Below are positions 1 through 9,966 of a stretch of DNA of 64,000 bases, piece after piece. A program made the translations under genes and the position numbers. The notes beneath the pieces were generated by a model, which was given only the letters and a program-made list of their open reading frames with translations, had not been told where the DNA came from and searched no databases. Position 1 is the stretch's first letter, and every line of letters starts with the position of its first letter. The DNA comes from Candidatus Nanopelagicales bacterium (lineage in GTDB: Bacteria > Actinomycetota > Actinomycetes > S36-B12), in assembly GCA_018402235.1 (NCBI GenBank), contig JAGYJJ010000005.1:346561-410560 (forward strand). The letters run 5' to 3'.

Positions 1-755
1 GCCGCGCGCTTGACCAGCCGCACCCCGGTCTCCACCTGGTCGGCGAACCGAAATTCCGGAGCGCTGACCGAGACGGCGGCGATCGGGCGCCCGTGCGGAC
101 CGCGTACGGGCGCGGAGATATTCACGACGCCCTCCTCATACTCCCCCCAGGTGATGGCCGCCCCCGCCTGCTGGACGCGGCGCAATTCCGCCACCCACTC
201 GAGCGCGCTGCGCACCGTGCTCCGCTCACCGGCTTCCAGGAGCCGGTCCTCGGTGAACCACTCCTGCCAGGAGTCCTCTGGTTCACCGGACATCACCGCG
301 CGGGCCGTGGAGGAACTCGCGGCCGGGTAGCTGCTGCCCACCCGCGCGTAGGCGCCCAGGCCGTGCGGGCTGATCTGGGCAGCGATCACAATGGTTTGGC
401 TCGATCGCACAACCGCGAGCATCGCGGTCTCATTCAGCGTGGAAGCCAAGTTACGCAGGTGCGGTCGGGCAATCTCGGCGAGCCGGGCCTCCATGCTGCG
501 GGCGCCGATCGCCGCCACTCGCCATCCGGGTCGATAGCCGCGGGTCACCGGGTCCCGGTGCACGATGCCGACCTGCGCCAAGGTCGCCAGCGCCCGCGAG
601 GTTTGCGTCAGGTCCCGATTAAGCCGCCGGGCGATGGCCGAGACTCCCAGCGGTTCGGTCGAATCGGCGAGCAACTCCACGATCGCGATGTCCCGCGCCA
701 AGCCGCTGGTGTTCTTTCGTGCCACAGACACGAATCGTGCTCCTTGTCTTGCCAT
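1..755 (-). CDS. IclR-family transcriptional regulator (3' end runs off the window; start at ATG 755 or GTG 731/725)
   Basis: Not in the ORF track; translated by hand: ...GLARDIAIVELLADSTEPLGVSAIARRLNRDLTQTSRALATLAQVGIVHRDPVTRGYRPG (wHTH)...LRNLASTLNETAMLAV...GEYEEGVVNISAPVRGPHGRPIAAVSVSAP (IclR C-terminal signature). Confidence 0.9.
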   Translation of the reverse strand, partial: MARQGARFVSVARKNTSGLARDIAIVELLADSTEPLGVSAIARRLNRDLTQTSRALATLAQVGIVHRDPVTRGYRPGWRVAAIGARSMEARLAEIARPHLRNLASTLNETAMLAVVRSSQTIVIAAQISPHGLGAYARVGSSYPAASSSTARAVMSGEPEDSWQEWFTEDRLLEAGERSTVRSALEWVAELRRVQQAGAAITWGEYEEGVVNISAPVRGPHGRPIAAVSVSAPEFRFADQVETGVRLVKRA

Positions 756-773
756 ATGCGCAAGAGATCTTGC
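747..773. promoter_or_regulatory. Putative IclR operator between the divergent iclR and fae genes
   Basis: TCTTGC-N7-GCAAGA (747-765) overlaps GCAAGA-N2-TCTTGC (760-773) at the regulator start. Confidence 0.5.
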
Positions 774-863
774 ATCTTTGCCACCCGGCCCGGAAATCTT
801 CCGGCCGCGAGGCGAAAAGTGGTTCGAGCCACACACCAGCAAACACATATCGGGGAGTCAGCT

Positions 864-1352
864 ATGCACATCGGTGAGGCCTTCATCAGCAGCGGACCCA
901 ACGCCGCCCACATCAACACCGTCCTGGGCCATCGTGATGGTCCGGTGGGTACCGCGTGGGCAACCGCGCTGGCCACCCCCACACCCGGGCACCAGCGCTT
1001 CGCGGTGATCGTGCGCCCCGGTGTTCCGGTGCAACCCCCCACGTTGTTCGTCAACAAAGCGACCTTCGCCAGCGACGATCACGGCCTGCTGCACTGGGGC
1101 CCGGCCCAAGCGGGCGTTGCCACCGGGGTTACCCGCGCCGTACGCGAGGGCATCGTGGGCGATCCCACGGAACTCGCGTTGATCTGTGCCGTGTGGGTCA
1201 ACCCCGCCGCCGACGATGCCGACGAGATTTACCGCAACAACGCCGAAGCCGCGTTCGTTGCGCTTCGCCGCGGCGCGCGCGGGGAACCCACGGCAGCCGA
1301 AATCAACGAAGCACTACCTGCCAGCAATCCCTTCTTCACAGCACCGGAGTAG
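864..1352 (+). CDS. fae: Formaldehyde-activating enzyme (Fae) family protein
   Basis: GEA..SG.N.AHI, TLFVNK, GPAQAGVA, AV.EG and C-terminal SNPF match the Methylorubrum Fae pattern, including the catalytic His; GGGGAG RBS before ATG 864. Confidence 0.88.
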   Translation: MHIGEAFISSGPNAAHINTVLGHRDGPVGTAWATALATPTPGHQRFAVIVRPGVPVQPPTLFVNKATFASDDHGLLHWGPAQAGVATGVTRAVREGIVGDPTELALICAVWVNPAADDADEIYRNNAEAAFVALRRGARGEPTAAEINEALPASNPFFTAPE

Positions 1353-1354
1353 CC

Positions 1355-2320
1355 ATGAACGACGCCCCCAACACCCATGTCACCAACCTGCACTCGCATG
1401 ACGCTGCGCCAACCAGGACGAAGTCCGTCGCGGTCATCGGACTGGGCAATATGGGTGGCGCGATGGCCGCCCACCTCATTGATAGCGGCTTTTCCACGAC
1501 CGTGTACGACCTGAACCCCGAGCGGGTGGACGAACTCGTCCTTCTAGGCGGCCACCCAGCTACCAGCGCCGATGCAGCAGTGACCGACGCCGATTACGTC
1601 ATCACTATGTTGCCAACACCTTGGATCACTTCCGAGGTGATGCTCGACGGTGGCGTGGCAGCGGCGATGAAACCCGGTTCCATCTGGATCGACACCTCAA
1701 CTTCCATTCGCTCAGCACTCATGGAGATCGAAGCCGTCCTCGATGCGCGCGGTGTGCGGTACGCAGAAGCCCCCGTCACCGGCATGTCCCACGGTGCACG
1801 CAATGGCACGCTGGAGTTTTTCGTTGGCGCGAGCACTGAGGACTTCGAAGACGCACTGCCGCTGTTGCAGGTCATGGGAAACCCCGAGCGCATTTTTCAT
1901 GTCGGACCGCGCGGCGCCGGCTATGTAGTGAAACTCATCATCAATCAACTGTGGTTCAACCACACCGTCGCACTGGGCGAGATGATGGCTCTGGGGGTAA
2001 AAAGCGGTATCGATGCGGGCGTTTTGCACTCGGCGATCGCCGGCAGCCCGGCTACGTCGTTCTTCCACGAGCAGGGCCTGACCCGCATTTTGTTCGAGGC
2101 CGACTACGACGATACTTTCGCGATGGCGCTTGCCTGCAAGGACTCGCGCTTGACGGTCGCGCTCGCCGATGAATTGCAGTGCCCTTCCGCACTCACCCGG
2201 GTAGTCGACGCGTACTTTGAGCAATCGCGGGTAACGCACGGTGATCACGCTGGGGAGATGAGCCCCTTCCGATTGTTCGAAGACGCCGTCGGCGCGCCCA
2301 TTCGGGTCAGACGTTCTTGA
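1355..2320 (+). CDS. NAD(P)-dependent beta-hydroxyacid dehydrogenase (3-hydroxyisobutyrate dehydrogenase / MmsB family)
   Basis: GLGNMG Rossmann motif, EAPVTG, catalytic Lys in GYVVKLIINQ, F.MALACKD; starts 2 nt after the fae stop. Confidence 0.88.
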   Translation: MNDAPNTHVTNLHSHDAAPTRTKSVAVIGLGNMGGAMAAHLIDSGFSTTVYDLNPERVDELVLLGGHPATSADAAVTDADYVITMLPTPWITSEVMLDGGVAAAMKPGSIWIDTSTSIRSALMEIEAVLDARGVRYAEAPVTGMSHGARNGTLEFFVGASTEDFEDALPLLQVMGNPERIFHVGPRGAGYVVKLIINQLWFNHTVALGEMMALGVKSGIDAGVLHSAIAGSPATSFFHEQGLTRILFEADYDDTFAMALACKDSRLTVALADELQCPSALTRVVDAYFEQSRVTHGDHAGEMSPFRLFEDAVGAPIRVRRS

Positions 2321-3695
2321 GCGCGGAGACCACCTTGTTCAGCGAATCCTTCGCATCGCCAAACAGCAGCGTGGTTTTCGGATCGAACAGGATCTCGTTC
2401 TCGATGCCCGCGAATCCAGGTCGCATCGACCGCTTCAAGAACACAATCTGCTGCGCGGCATCCACGTCCAAAATCGGCATGCCGTAGATGGGTGCGCTCT
2501 TGTCGGTGCGCGCCGCAGGGTTCACGACGTCGTTGGCACCCACCACCAGCACTACATCGGTGGCTGAGAACTCCGGATTGATCTCGTCCATTTCCTTCAG
2601 TTGCTCGTAGGGAACGCTCGCCTCGGCAAGGAGTACGTTCATGTGTCCGGGCATGCGACCGGCAACCGGGTGAATGGCGTAATCGACCTCGATGCCCTTT
2701 TCCGTCAAGAGATCAGCGAGTTCGCGCAGCGTGCTTTGCGCCTGCGCAACCGCCAGACCGTAGCCGGGAACCAAGATCACCTTGTTCGCGAAACCGAGCA
2801 TGATGGCGACGTCGTTAGCCGAACTCGAGCGCACGGGACGATCCGACGTGGCTGCTCCACCACCGGCCGTGGTGCCTGAGAAGGCGCCGAACAGTGTGGC
2901 GGTGAGCGGACGGCCCATCGCCTTGGCCATGAGGTTCGTCAGCAAGGTGCCCGATGCTCCGACCAAGGTGCCCGCGATCAGCAGCAGCACGTTGTCGAGC
3001 ACGTAACCTGAGGCCGCAACCGCGAGGCCGGTCAGGGCATTCAGCAGCGAGATGACAATCGGTACGTCCGCGCCACCGACCGGCAGCACGAACAGCACGC
3101 CAAACAGCAGACCCAGTCCAAGCAGCGCCCACAACAACCACTGCTGCGGAGCCACGATCAACCACACGCCACCGGCAAGGGTCGCGACCGCAACGAGGAT
3201 CGTGATCCATTTGCCGAGTGGAATCACCACCGGTCGGGTGGTCATGAGCTCCTGAAGCTTTAAGAAGGTGACGATCGATCCAGAGAATGCAACCGAACCG
3301 ATGATCACCGTGGCAACGGTGAAGATAAGGAAGAGCAGATCATCGGAATCAACAACCAGGTACTCCACAACGGCGATCAATGCCGCGGCGCCACCACCCA
3401 CTCCGTTGAACAGCGCCACCAACTGCGGCATCGCGGTCATCTTGACCCGTCGAGCTGCAACAAGGCCAACAACGGAGCCGACCACCAAGAAGCCGAGGAT
3501 CAGTGCGAGGTTCGCGAGCTTGATACCGCTGAAGAACAAAACACCGGTCGCCAACGCCGCGCCGATAGCACCGATCAGCAATCCCGATCGTGCGGTTCGG
3601 GGTGAGGACATCGATTTAAGCGCGATGACGAACAGCACCGCTGCTACGAGATAACTAAGTTGAACCCACGTGGGGTCCACATGCACCTCACTCAT
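2307..3695 (-). CDS. pntB: NAD(P) transhydrogenase subunit beta
   Basis: MTAMPQLVA, GGADVPIVISLLN, VPGYGLAVAQAQ, HPVAGRMPGHMNVLLAEA, GANDVVNPAA. Confidence 0.97.
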   Translation of the reverse strand: MSEVHVDPTWVQLSYLVAAVLFVIALKSMSSPRTARSGLLIGAIGAALATGVLFFSGIKLANLALILGFLVVGSVVGLVAARRVKMTAMPQLVALFNGVGGGAAALIAVVEYLVVDSDDLLFLIFTVATVIIGSVAFSGSIVTFLKLQELMTTRPVVIPLGKWITILVAVATLAGGVWLIVAPQQWLLWALLGLGLLFGVLFVLPVGGADVPIVISLLNALTGLAVAASGYVLDNVLLLIAGTLVGASGTLLTNLMAKAMGRPLTATLFGAFSGTTAGGGAATSDRPVRSSSANDVAIMLGFANKVILVPGYGLAVAQAQSTLRELADLLTEKGIEVDYAIHPVAGRMPGHMNVLLAEASVPYEQLKEMDEINPEFSATDVVLVVGANDVVNPAARTDKSAPIYGMPILDVDAAQQIVFLKRSMRPGFAGIENEILFDPKTTLLFGDAKDSLNKVVSALKNV

Positions 3696-4006
3696 GCCGC
3701 ACCGCCTTCCTTAGCGGCGGCGACGGGCTTCTTGGGCTTGAACATCTCCAACATTCGGTCGGTAACCACGAAACCACCCACCAGGTTGATCGCACCCAGC
3801 AAAACCGCGGCGAGTGCGATCCACAATTCGAGTGAGTTCGGCTCGGACTTACCGGCCACGATGATGGCGCCCATCACAACCACGCCGTGGATGGCGTTGG
3901 CGCCGGACATCAGTGGCGTGTGTAGGACAGTTGAGACCTTCGAGACAACCTCGAAACCAACGAAGACGCTCAGGACGAAGATTGTCAGCAGTGCGATTCC
4001 ATCCAT
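3692..4006 (-). CDS. pntA: NAD(P) transhydrogenase subunit alpha, membrane part
   Basis: LHTPLMSGANAIHG, NLVGGFVVTDRMLEMF; stop overlaps the pntB start. Confidence 0.95.
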   Translation of the reverse strand: MDGIALLTIFVLSVFVGFEVVSKVSTVLHTPLMSGANAIHGVVVMGAIIVAGKSEPNSLELWIALAAVLLGAINLVGGFVVTDRMLEMFKPKKPVAAAKEGGAA

Positions 4007-4008
4007 GG

Positions 4009-5148
4009 TTATGCCCCTCCCTGCACGGCGTCGCGCGCAAACTCGTTGCGAATTTCGCCGTTGTACACGATTGCGCAACCGTCAAGCACTTCGTCTTCAA
4101 GATCGACGACGATCTCTCCATCTTTGACCGCCAACGCAATGAGGTTGAGCACATTCATCGCGTATAGCTGCGAGGCGTGGACGGGCATCTCACTCGCCAC
4201 ATCCTTGGCACCCCACACCGAAACCTCACCGATCTGGATCACTTCACCAGAAACGGAACCCTCAACGTTGCCGCCGGTTTCACTTGCCAAGTCAACAACC
4301 ACTGAACCCGGCTTCATCGTCTCGACCATCGTGCGGGTGACCAGCACCGGTGCGGTGCGGCCAGGGACGGCTGCAGTAGTAATGACCACATCGGCTGCGG
4401 TGATGTGCGGGGTGAGCAGGTCGCGTTGCTGGTTGGCCCGATCCTCTGTCATCTCCCTTGCGTACCCACCGGAACCTTCGAGTGCTTCAAGGTCGAGGGT
4501 GATGAAAGTCGCGCCCATCGACTTCACCTCATCCGCACTCGCCGGGCGAACGTCGTAAGCAGAAACCTTCGCGCCGAGCCGCTTAGCGGTGGCGATTGCT
4601 TGCAGTCCGGCAACACCAGCTCCGAGCACGAGTACCTTGGCTGGCTGAATCGTTCCCGCGGCCGTCATGAAGAGCGGGAAGAACGACGGCAACCGATCCG
4701 CAGCAACCAGCGCTGCGCGGTAACCGGTTACCAGAGCCTGCGAGGTGAGCGCGTCCATCGACTGGGCGCGCGAGATGCGCGGCAAGAAGTCGAAGGACAG
4801 CCCGGTCGCTTCAGCGTCGCGGAGTCCGCGCACGGTGTCGGCGTCGGCAACTGCAGCAAGGAAGGAGATCGCAACCGCGCCCTTTTTCATTCGCGATGCG
4901 CGCCCGTAGTCCAACCCACGCACGCTCGCCACAACGTCGGCGCTGGCGATCTGCTCGGTGAGGTCGGCTTCAGCAAACACCGAGGCACCGGCCTCGGTAT
5001 AAGCGTCGTCGTTCGCAAAGGCCTGAGCGCCGGCACCCGACTGGACTGCCACGTCAAACCCGAGTTGGGTGAACTTACGCACCACCGAGGGCATCATCGC
5101 CACGCGGCGCTCCCCCGGCCGGGTCTCTGCTGGGACGACGATCTTCAC
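4009..5148 (-). CDS. pntA: NAD(P) transhydrogenase subunit alpha, NAD-binding part
   Basis: GERRVA, RISRAQSMDALTSQ, MTAAGT, GAGVAGLQAIATAKRLGA, GGYA. Confidence 0.96.
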   Translation of the reverse strand: MKIVVPAETRPGERRVAMMPSVVRKFTQLGFDVAVQSGAGAQAFANDDAYTEAGASVFAEADLTEQIASADVVASVRGLDYGRASRMKKGAVAISFLAAVADADTVRGLRDAEATGLSFDFLPRISRAQSMDALTSQALVTGYRAALVAADRLPSFFPLFMTAAGTIQPAKVLVLGAGVAGLQAIATAKRLGAKVSAYDVRPASADEVKSMGATFITLDLEALEGSGGYAREMTEDRANQQRDLLTPHITAADVVITTAAVPGRTAPVLVTRTMVETMKPGSVVVDLASETGGNVEGSVSGEVIQIGEVSVWGAKDVASEMPVHASQLYAMNVLNLIALAVKDGEIVVDLEDEVLDGCAIVYNGEIRNEFARDAVQGGA

Positions 5149-5310
5149 TGTTTAGCCTCGCTCTCACGCAACGATGTCGAACCTGGAAGCTCCCAGCGAG
5201 GGGTTTCGCGTGATTCGACTCGCAGAGCCTAGCGGGATCCACGCAGTTCACTCGCTGGCAAGCCGAAAGACACCCGAGGGCCATCGCAATGTGGGTAACC
5301 TGCCCGCGTG

Positions 5311-5460
5311 ATGCTCTCGATGTTCATCCTGTGGATCGCGGTATTCCTTGGGATCTTTTTCCGTAAGAAGTGGGTTCCTGCCCTTGCCATCATCTCCGTC
5401 ATCTGGACCGCGGTGCTTCTTCGTCTCCACATGACCGACCCGATCCCGCTGAGTTTCTAG
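5311..5460 (+). CDS. Small membrane protein, DUF5993-like, upstream of dsbB
   Basis: Below the ORF-track cutoff; hand translation MLSMFILWIAVFLGIFFRKKWVPALAIISVIWTAVLLRLHMTDPIPLSF; two hydrophobic helices and a C-terminal H.TDP..LSF motif. Confidence 0.75.
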   Translation: MLSMFILWIAVFLGIFFRKKWVPALAIISVIWTAVLLRLHMTDPIPLSF

Positions 5461-5473
5461 GGGCGCACGAATC

Positions 5474-6160
5474 ATGTCCATCATCGACCGGACTGAGTCG
5501 GCATTCGAATCTCGCGAGTTGGTAATCGCGCGGTGGATCAACGTGCTCGCGCTTTTCGCACTCATCGGAGTGCTCGCAGGATCGTTGCACCTGCAATTCG
5601 GAGTGGGCGAGCAACCGTGTCCACTGTGCCTTGTCCAGCGCTCGGGGATGATCGCCATCGCCGTCGGCCCGATCATGAATCTTTTGTGGGGAATGCGGCC
5701 GGCGCACTACGCGCTGAGCATCTTCGGAGCCTTCGTGGGTGGCGCGGGCAGTGTTCGCCAGATCCTTCTTCACATCCAACCCGGCGACCCTGGCTACGGT
5801 CCCGCCGTTTTGGGCCTCCATCTCTACACCTGGGCGTTCGTCACGTTCGCCATCGCAGTTGTTGGCTGCGCCTTCATGCTCCTGTGGAACAAGCCCTTTG
5901 AAGTGGGCGACACAGGCGTGCTCGGTCAGCGCGGCTTCCTGCGCTTCGCCGCGCTCGTGGGTATCGCCTGGGTCACGATCGACCTACTCATCGTCGGCAT
6001 CTCGGTAATTCCCGAATGTGGTCTGGGAATGTGCCCGGACAATCCCGAGGACATCAATGGTCTTGGAGTTGTAGGTGGCCTGCTGATGATGGTGGGGGTC
6101 GGGTTGGTGGCCGTCATCATCGCCGCGGTGGTCGACAGGCGATTGCCCACCGACAAATAA
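5474..6160 (+). CDS. dsbB: Disulfide bond formation protein B family membrane protein
   Basis: QF..GE.PCPLCLVQR, RQILLHI.PGDPGYG, GLHLYTW, second Cys pair ECGLGMCPD. Confidence 0.85.
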   Translation: MSIIDRTESAFESRELVIARWINVLALFALIGVLAGSLHLQFGVGEQPCPLCLVQRSGMIAIAVGPIMNLLWGMRPAHYALSIFGAFVGGAGSVRQILLHIQPGDPGYGPAVLGLHLYTWAFVTFAIAVVGCAFMLLWNKPFEVGDTGVLGQRGFLRFAALVGIAWVTIDLLIVGISVIPECGLGMCPDNPEDINGLGVVGGLLMMVGVGLVAVIIAAVVDRRLPTDK

Positions 6161-6166
6161 GTCCCG

Positions 6167-6940
6167 TTACGGCGCCATCTTCAGCAACTTCGAAAGATAG
6201 GTGTCGTAGATCTCGGCAACCTCCCGGCCGCCAGCTGTCTTGACGAGTTGCACCGGCTGGCCGTAACCCTCGGCCTGCTGCACCGCGATTCGCTCGGGCA
6301 TGAGCGGCTTCATAACGGTGGTTCGACCGTAGATCTCGATCAACTCGTTCTCGCGGTACTGGTGCTCCTCGGCAACCGAGCGGACGCGGTTGACGACGAT
6401 GCCGGCCAACTGCAGATCAGGATTGTGATTCTTGCGGACCTCGTCGATCTCGGCCATCGCCCGCTCCACGCCCTGCGCTCCAAAGAACGACGGCGTGGTG
6501 ACAACCAACGCCAGGTCCGATGCGGCGAGCGCCTCCCGGGTGAGAGCACCCAGGGATGGCGGGCAATCGATGAGGACGAGGTCGTACCCATCGAGGTGGC
6601 CCAGGGCTCGAGACAGCTTCGGTCGCCACGGTCCCCCGGTCCATGCATCGAAACGGATCGTGTTGGCATGGCCCGGCAGCACATCGACCTCGCCGGGGGC
6701 TACTTCCCAATCGCAGGGGGTCAGCGCCGCCTCGACGCTCTCGCGCGTGGGGTGCCCGAGGACATCGGCCACGGTGGTGCGGGGGGTGTGGGATTTCAGC
6801 AGGGAGGTGGCATTGCCCTGCGGGTCGAGGTCGACCACCAGCGTGGCTAGCCCACGCACGGTGGCTGCTCCGGCCAAACCCAGAACAACGGACGTCTTGC
6901 CGACGCCACCTTTCAAACTCAGCACGCTCACGATCGCCAT
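6167..6940 (-). CDS. ParA/Soj family ATPase (orphan)
   Basis: KGGVGKTS deviant Walker A, VDLDPQGN, IDCPPSLG. Confidence 0.92.
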   Translation of the reverse strand: MAIVSVLSLKGGVGKTSVVLGLAGAATVRGLATLVVDLDPQGNATSLLKSHTPRTTVADVLGHPTRESVEAALTPCDWEVAPGEVDVLPGHANTIRFDAWTGGPWRPKLSRALGHLDGYDLVLIDCPPSLGALTREALAASDLALVVTTPSFFGAQGVERAMAEIDEVRKNHNPDLQLAGIVVNRVRSVAEEHQYRENELIEIYGRTTVMKPLMPERIAVQQAEGYGQPVQLVKTAGGREVAEIYDTYLSKLLKMAP

Positions 6941-7080
6941 GAGCGTCAGTCTGGCGGGGCCGGGGACTGGGCACAACCGGTTTGCCGGGCTGGCCCACCG
7001 GGGGGATCCCGGTCATGTGGGTCGGAAGTTATGGTGCAGGCCGGTTACACACAACGGGGCAGCCGAACGGAGGAATCCTC

Positions 7081-7887
7081 ATGCGCACAGTCACCTACGC
7101 AGTTCTGGTAGCCGGCCTAACGCTCGGTTCCCTGGGCGCGGCCCCGCTTGTGCAGGCAGCCCAGCCGCAGGCTCCCGCTGTCCAAGATGCCTGCTACGAC
7201 TACCGGGCCTCGGGCACGAAGGCCCAGGCGGCCAATGCCGCTCCTGTGCCGTGCGAGGGCAAGCACACCGCCCAGACGTTCTACGTGGGCAGCCTCCCCG
7301 ATGGCTTCGGTGTTCCGGACAAGGCCAACGCCAAAGCGCGTCTTCGCGCAACTCGCGCATGCACCACCGAGGCGATGAATTCCTACCTCGGCTTAACCAA
7401 CACGGCTATCCCCTCGAGCTTCCAGATCGTCACCGTTTTTCCAACCGCACCGCAGTGGAATGCCGGCGAACGCTGGGTGCGCTGCGATGTGGTTCTTCGT
7501 GGTGGTCGCAACTACACGAGTTTCAGCGGCACTGCGCAGCAGTTGGTGGCCTCAACACCACGCGAGCAATTCAACTTCTGCACACCCTCGGTGCCGGGTT
7601 CGCGAACCAAGAGCGCCTTCCCGTGCACCAAGCCCAAGAAGAACTGGATCATGGTCGCCGAGCGCGATCTGGGGAAGGTCGGCAGCAACTTCCCCGGTAC
7701 TCGGTCGGTCGAACGCAAGGCCAAGCGGATCTGTCAGAAGGTGGGAAACACCTACACGGTGCGCAAGAGTTTCTACCCGTGGTGGGCGATTTGGCCTACG
7801 CGGGTGGGCTGGCAAGACGGTGATCGAACCGCCCAGTGCTTTGTTCCCTACGAGGAGTACGTGAAAACGACGACGCCCAGCGCGTAA
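7081..7887 (+). CDS. Secreted septum-formation-family protein
   Basis: Signal peptide; VPC..KH..Q, P...W..G.R.VRC and W..GDR...C Cys motifs. Confidence 0.75.
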   Translation: MRTVTYAVLVAGLTLGSLGAAPLVQAAQPQAPAVQDACYDYRASGTKAQAANAAPVPCEGKHTAQTFYVGSLPDGFGVPDKANAKARLRATRACTTEAMNSYLGLTNTAIPSSFQIVTVFPTAPQWNAGERWVRCDVVLRGGRNYTSFSGTAQQLVASTPREQFNFCTPSVPGSRTKSAFPCTKPKKNWIMVAERDLGKVGSNFPGTRSVERKAKRICQKVGNTYTVRKSFYPWWAIWPTRVGWQDGDRTAQCFVPYEEYVKTTTPSA

Positions 7888-7908
7888 CGCTGCACCGCAA
7901 CGAGCATC

Positions 7909-8849
7909 TCAACGAAGTCGGCTGCGCGGCTGGTCTTCGGGATACATCGATGTGTGCTCCGGCTCGGTGGCCTGCAACCGTTCGAACTGCTCGTCGGTGA
8001 GGTGGACATCAACAGAACGCATGATCGACGCGATGGTTTCGGGACGGGTTGCCCCGGAATCGGGATGATCACCGGCGACATCTTGAGTAACCACGCCAGC
8101 GTCACCTCCTGCGGCGTTGCACTGAGTTCATCGGCCACTTTCGCAAACTCCGCGAAGAGTGATCCAACCTCCTTCGCGTGCGTTGCTCCACCGAGCGGCG
8201 ACCACGGCAGGAAGGCGATGCCGTCGCGTGTGCATCGGTCCAACACATCTAGGTCGGCCCGATAGCGGGGGGAAAGTTCGTTTTGCACCGACACGACACC
8301 GCCGTGATCCGGTCCACCAAGCTCATCGAGCGCCAGATCTAGCTCGGCAAGCGTGACGTTCGACAGCCCGATCCGGCGGATCAGGCCGCGATCTTTCAGT
8401 TGCTGCAGCGCCTGCACCTGCTCGAGGTACGTGAGGTTCGGATCATGCCGGTGGTGCTGATAAAGATCGATGACATCTACGCCGAGTTCGATCAAACTCG
8501 CCTCACACGCCCGAACGAGTGCGTCTGGACGCGAATCCCGGCCCCACTCCTCACCGTCGCTGCGCGTGATCCCACCCTTGGTCGTCACGAGTACATCGGT
8601 GAGTGAAGCAGGCCCGGTGTAGGTGCGAATCGCTTCGGCGACCAGCGCCTCGTTGTGGCCTACCGAATCCCACGACGGCGCATAGATGTTCGCCGTATCG
8701 AGCAGCGTGATGCCGGCATCCAGGGCGGCGTGAATCGTCGCTACCGCCTGTTCGCGAAGGTCCACCATGTGGCCGTTGCTCAGCGGCATGCACCCCAGGC
8801 CAACGGGGGATACCCGAAGGTCGCCGATTGTTCGCGAAGTGATCATCAC
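7909..8849 (-). CDS. Aldo/keto reductase (frameshift near 8055)
   Basis: GLGCM, LDTANIY, TKGG, IDLYQHH, GLSN, QNE, PWSPLGG, PIPG; C-terminus ATRPETI...LTDEQ continues in another frame. Confidence 0.9.
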
Positions 8850-8885
8850 ATCACCTTACGAAAAGGGTCACATACCTCCGCGTCC

Positions 8886-9966
8886 ATGGGTAACCTGCGC
8901 GCTGCAGGAGTCCGCGTGCGAAAACAGGTCTGTCCGGGGGTCACGGAAGGTCGGCATCGATGCCCGCAGTCCCGAGTTTGGGCAATGGCGTTGCGGTACC
9001 GATCGGCGACGATCACTACGCCGAGTTACTCGAAGGTCTTCGCGCCTGCGAACTCCCCGATCCCGAGGGCCATTACTTGGTGGACTGGATGGGTGTGCGC
9101 ACGCGGATACCCATGCTCCCGTGGGCACCGGAGAAACTTGCCGGCACCTCGAATCGCGAGTTACCCATTCCCGACGATGGCTACCGCTCCGAGGACTTCG
9201 AGTACGTGTCGCTCGCCCGGGCTCTGCGAGATATCTCGGAGCATCCGGTTCGCATCATCGAGATCGGTGCGGGCTGGGCTCCCTGGGCAGTTGCAGGGCT
9301 CGTCGCCGCGCGGCACCGAGGGCTGCCCGCCATCGCCTTTGCGGTAGAAGCAGACCCCCGAAAGTGCGGATGGGCCGTGCAACATGCCCGCGACAATCTG
9401 CTGGACGTTACATCGGTCTCGGGGAAGCCTCGGCAACTGGCTAAGCGGTTGCAGCGCGCGGTTGCTGAGTGGAAGCCCGGCAACCAGTTGCTGATCGTCA
9501 TTGAAGCAGCCGCGTGGCATGAAACCACCACCGTCGAGTTTCCCGATGCTCCCGTCGAAGATATGGGAACAGCCGTCTGGACGATGCCCGGTACCGATGT
9601 GGATTACCGGGGAGCGCATCTGCTTCACCGCGAGATCCCTGCGATATCTATCCCGGATCTTGTCGAGAGCGATTCGAACTGTGCACGAGGCACCGGTAGA
9701 TCTTCTGCATATCGATGTCCAGGGAGTGGAGTTCGATTTGCTCCAGCGCACCGCCGGAGTCATCCAAGACCGCACGCGCCTCATGGCCGTGGGAACGCAC
9801 AACAGATTAAGCGAAGGTCAACTTCAGTACTTTTTCCTTGAACGCGGCTGGGGTCTACTGATCGACAAGCCGTGCAAGGCGCACTTCACCATGACTCATC
9901 CGACCCTGTCAGGCTTCACCGAGCAGGACGGCATGCAGCTGTGGGAGAACCCGTTTCGTTCTCTAG
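8886..9966 (+). CDS. FkbM-like SAM-dependent methyltransferase (frameshifted; both ends approximate)
   Basis: IIEIGAGWAPW, AVEADP, then VDLLHIDVQGVE...VGTH...QDG.Q.W.NP in a second frame after about 9680. Confidence 0.7.

Noticed and set aside
93-863. Long N-terminal extension of Fae (419-aa ORF)
   Set aside because: It is antisense to the IclR gene; the Fae homology and RBS begin at 864.
3692-5148. Split pntA as a novelty or an error
   Set aside because: Three-gene transhydrogenases are well known, and both parts have proper starts and stops.
6167-6940. ParA as evidence of a plasmid or prophage
   Set aside because: No parB, rep or integrase is present; orphan ParA paralogues are common in Actinobacteria.
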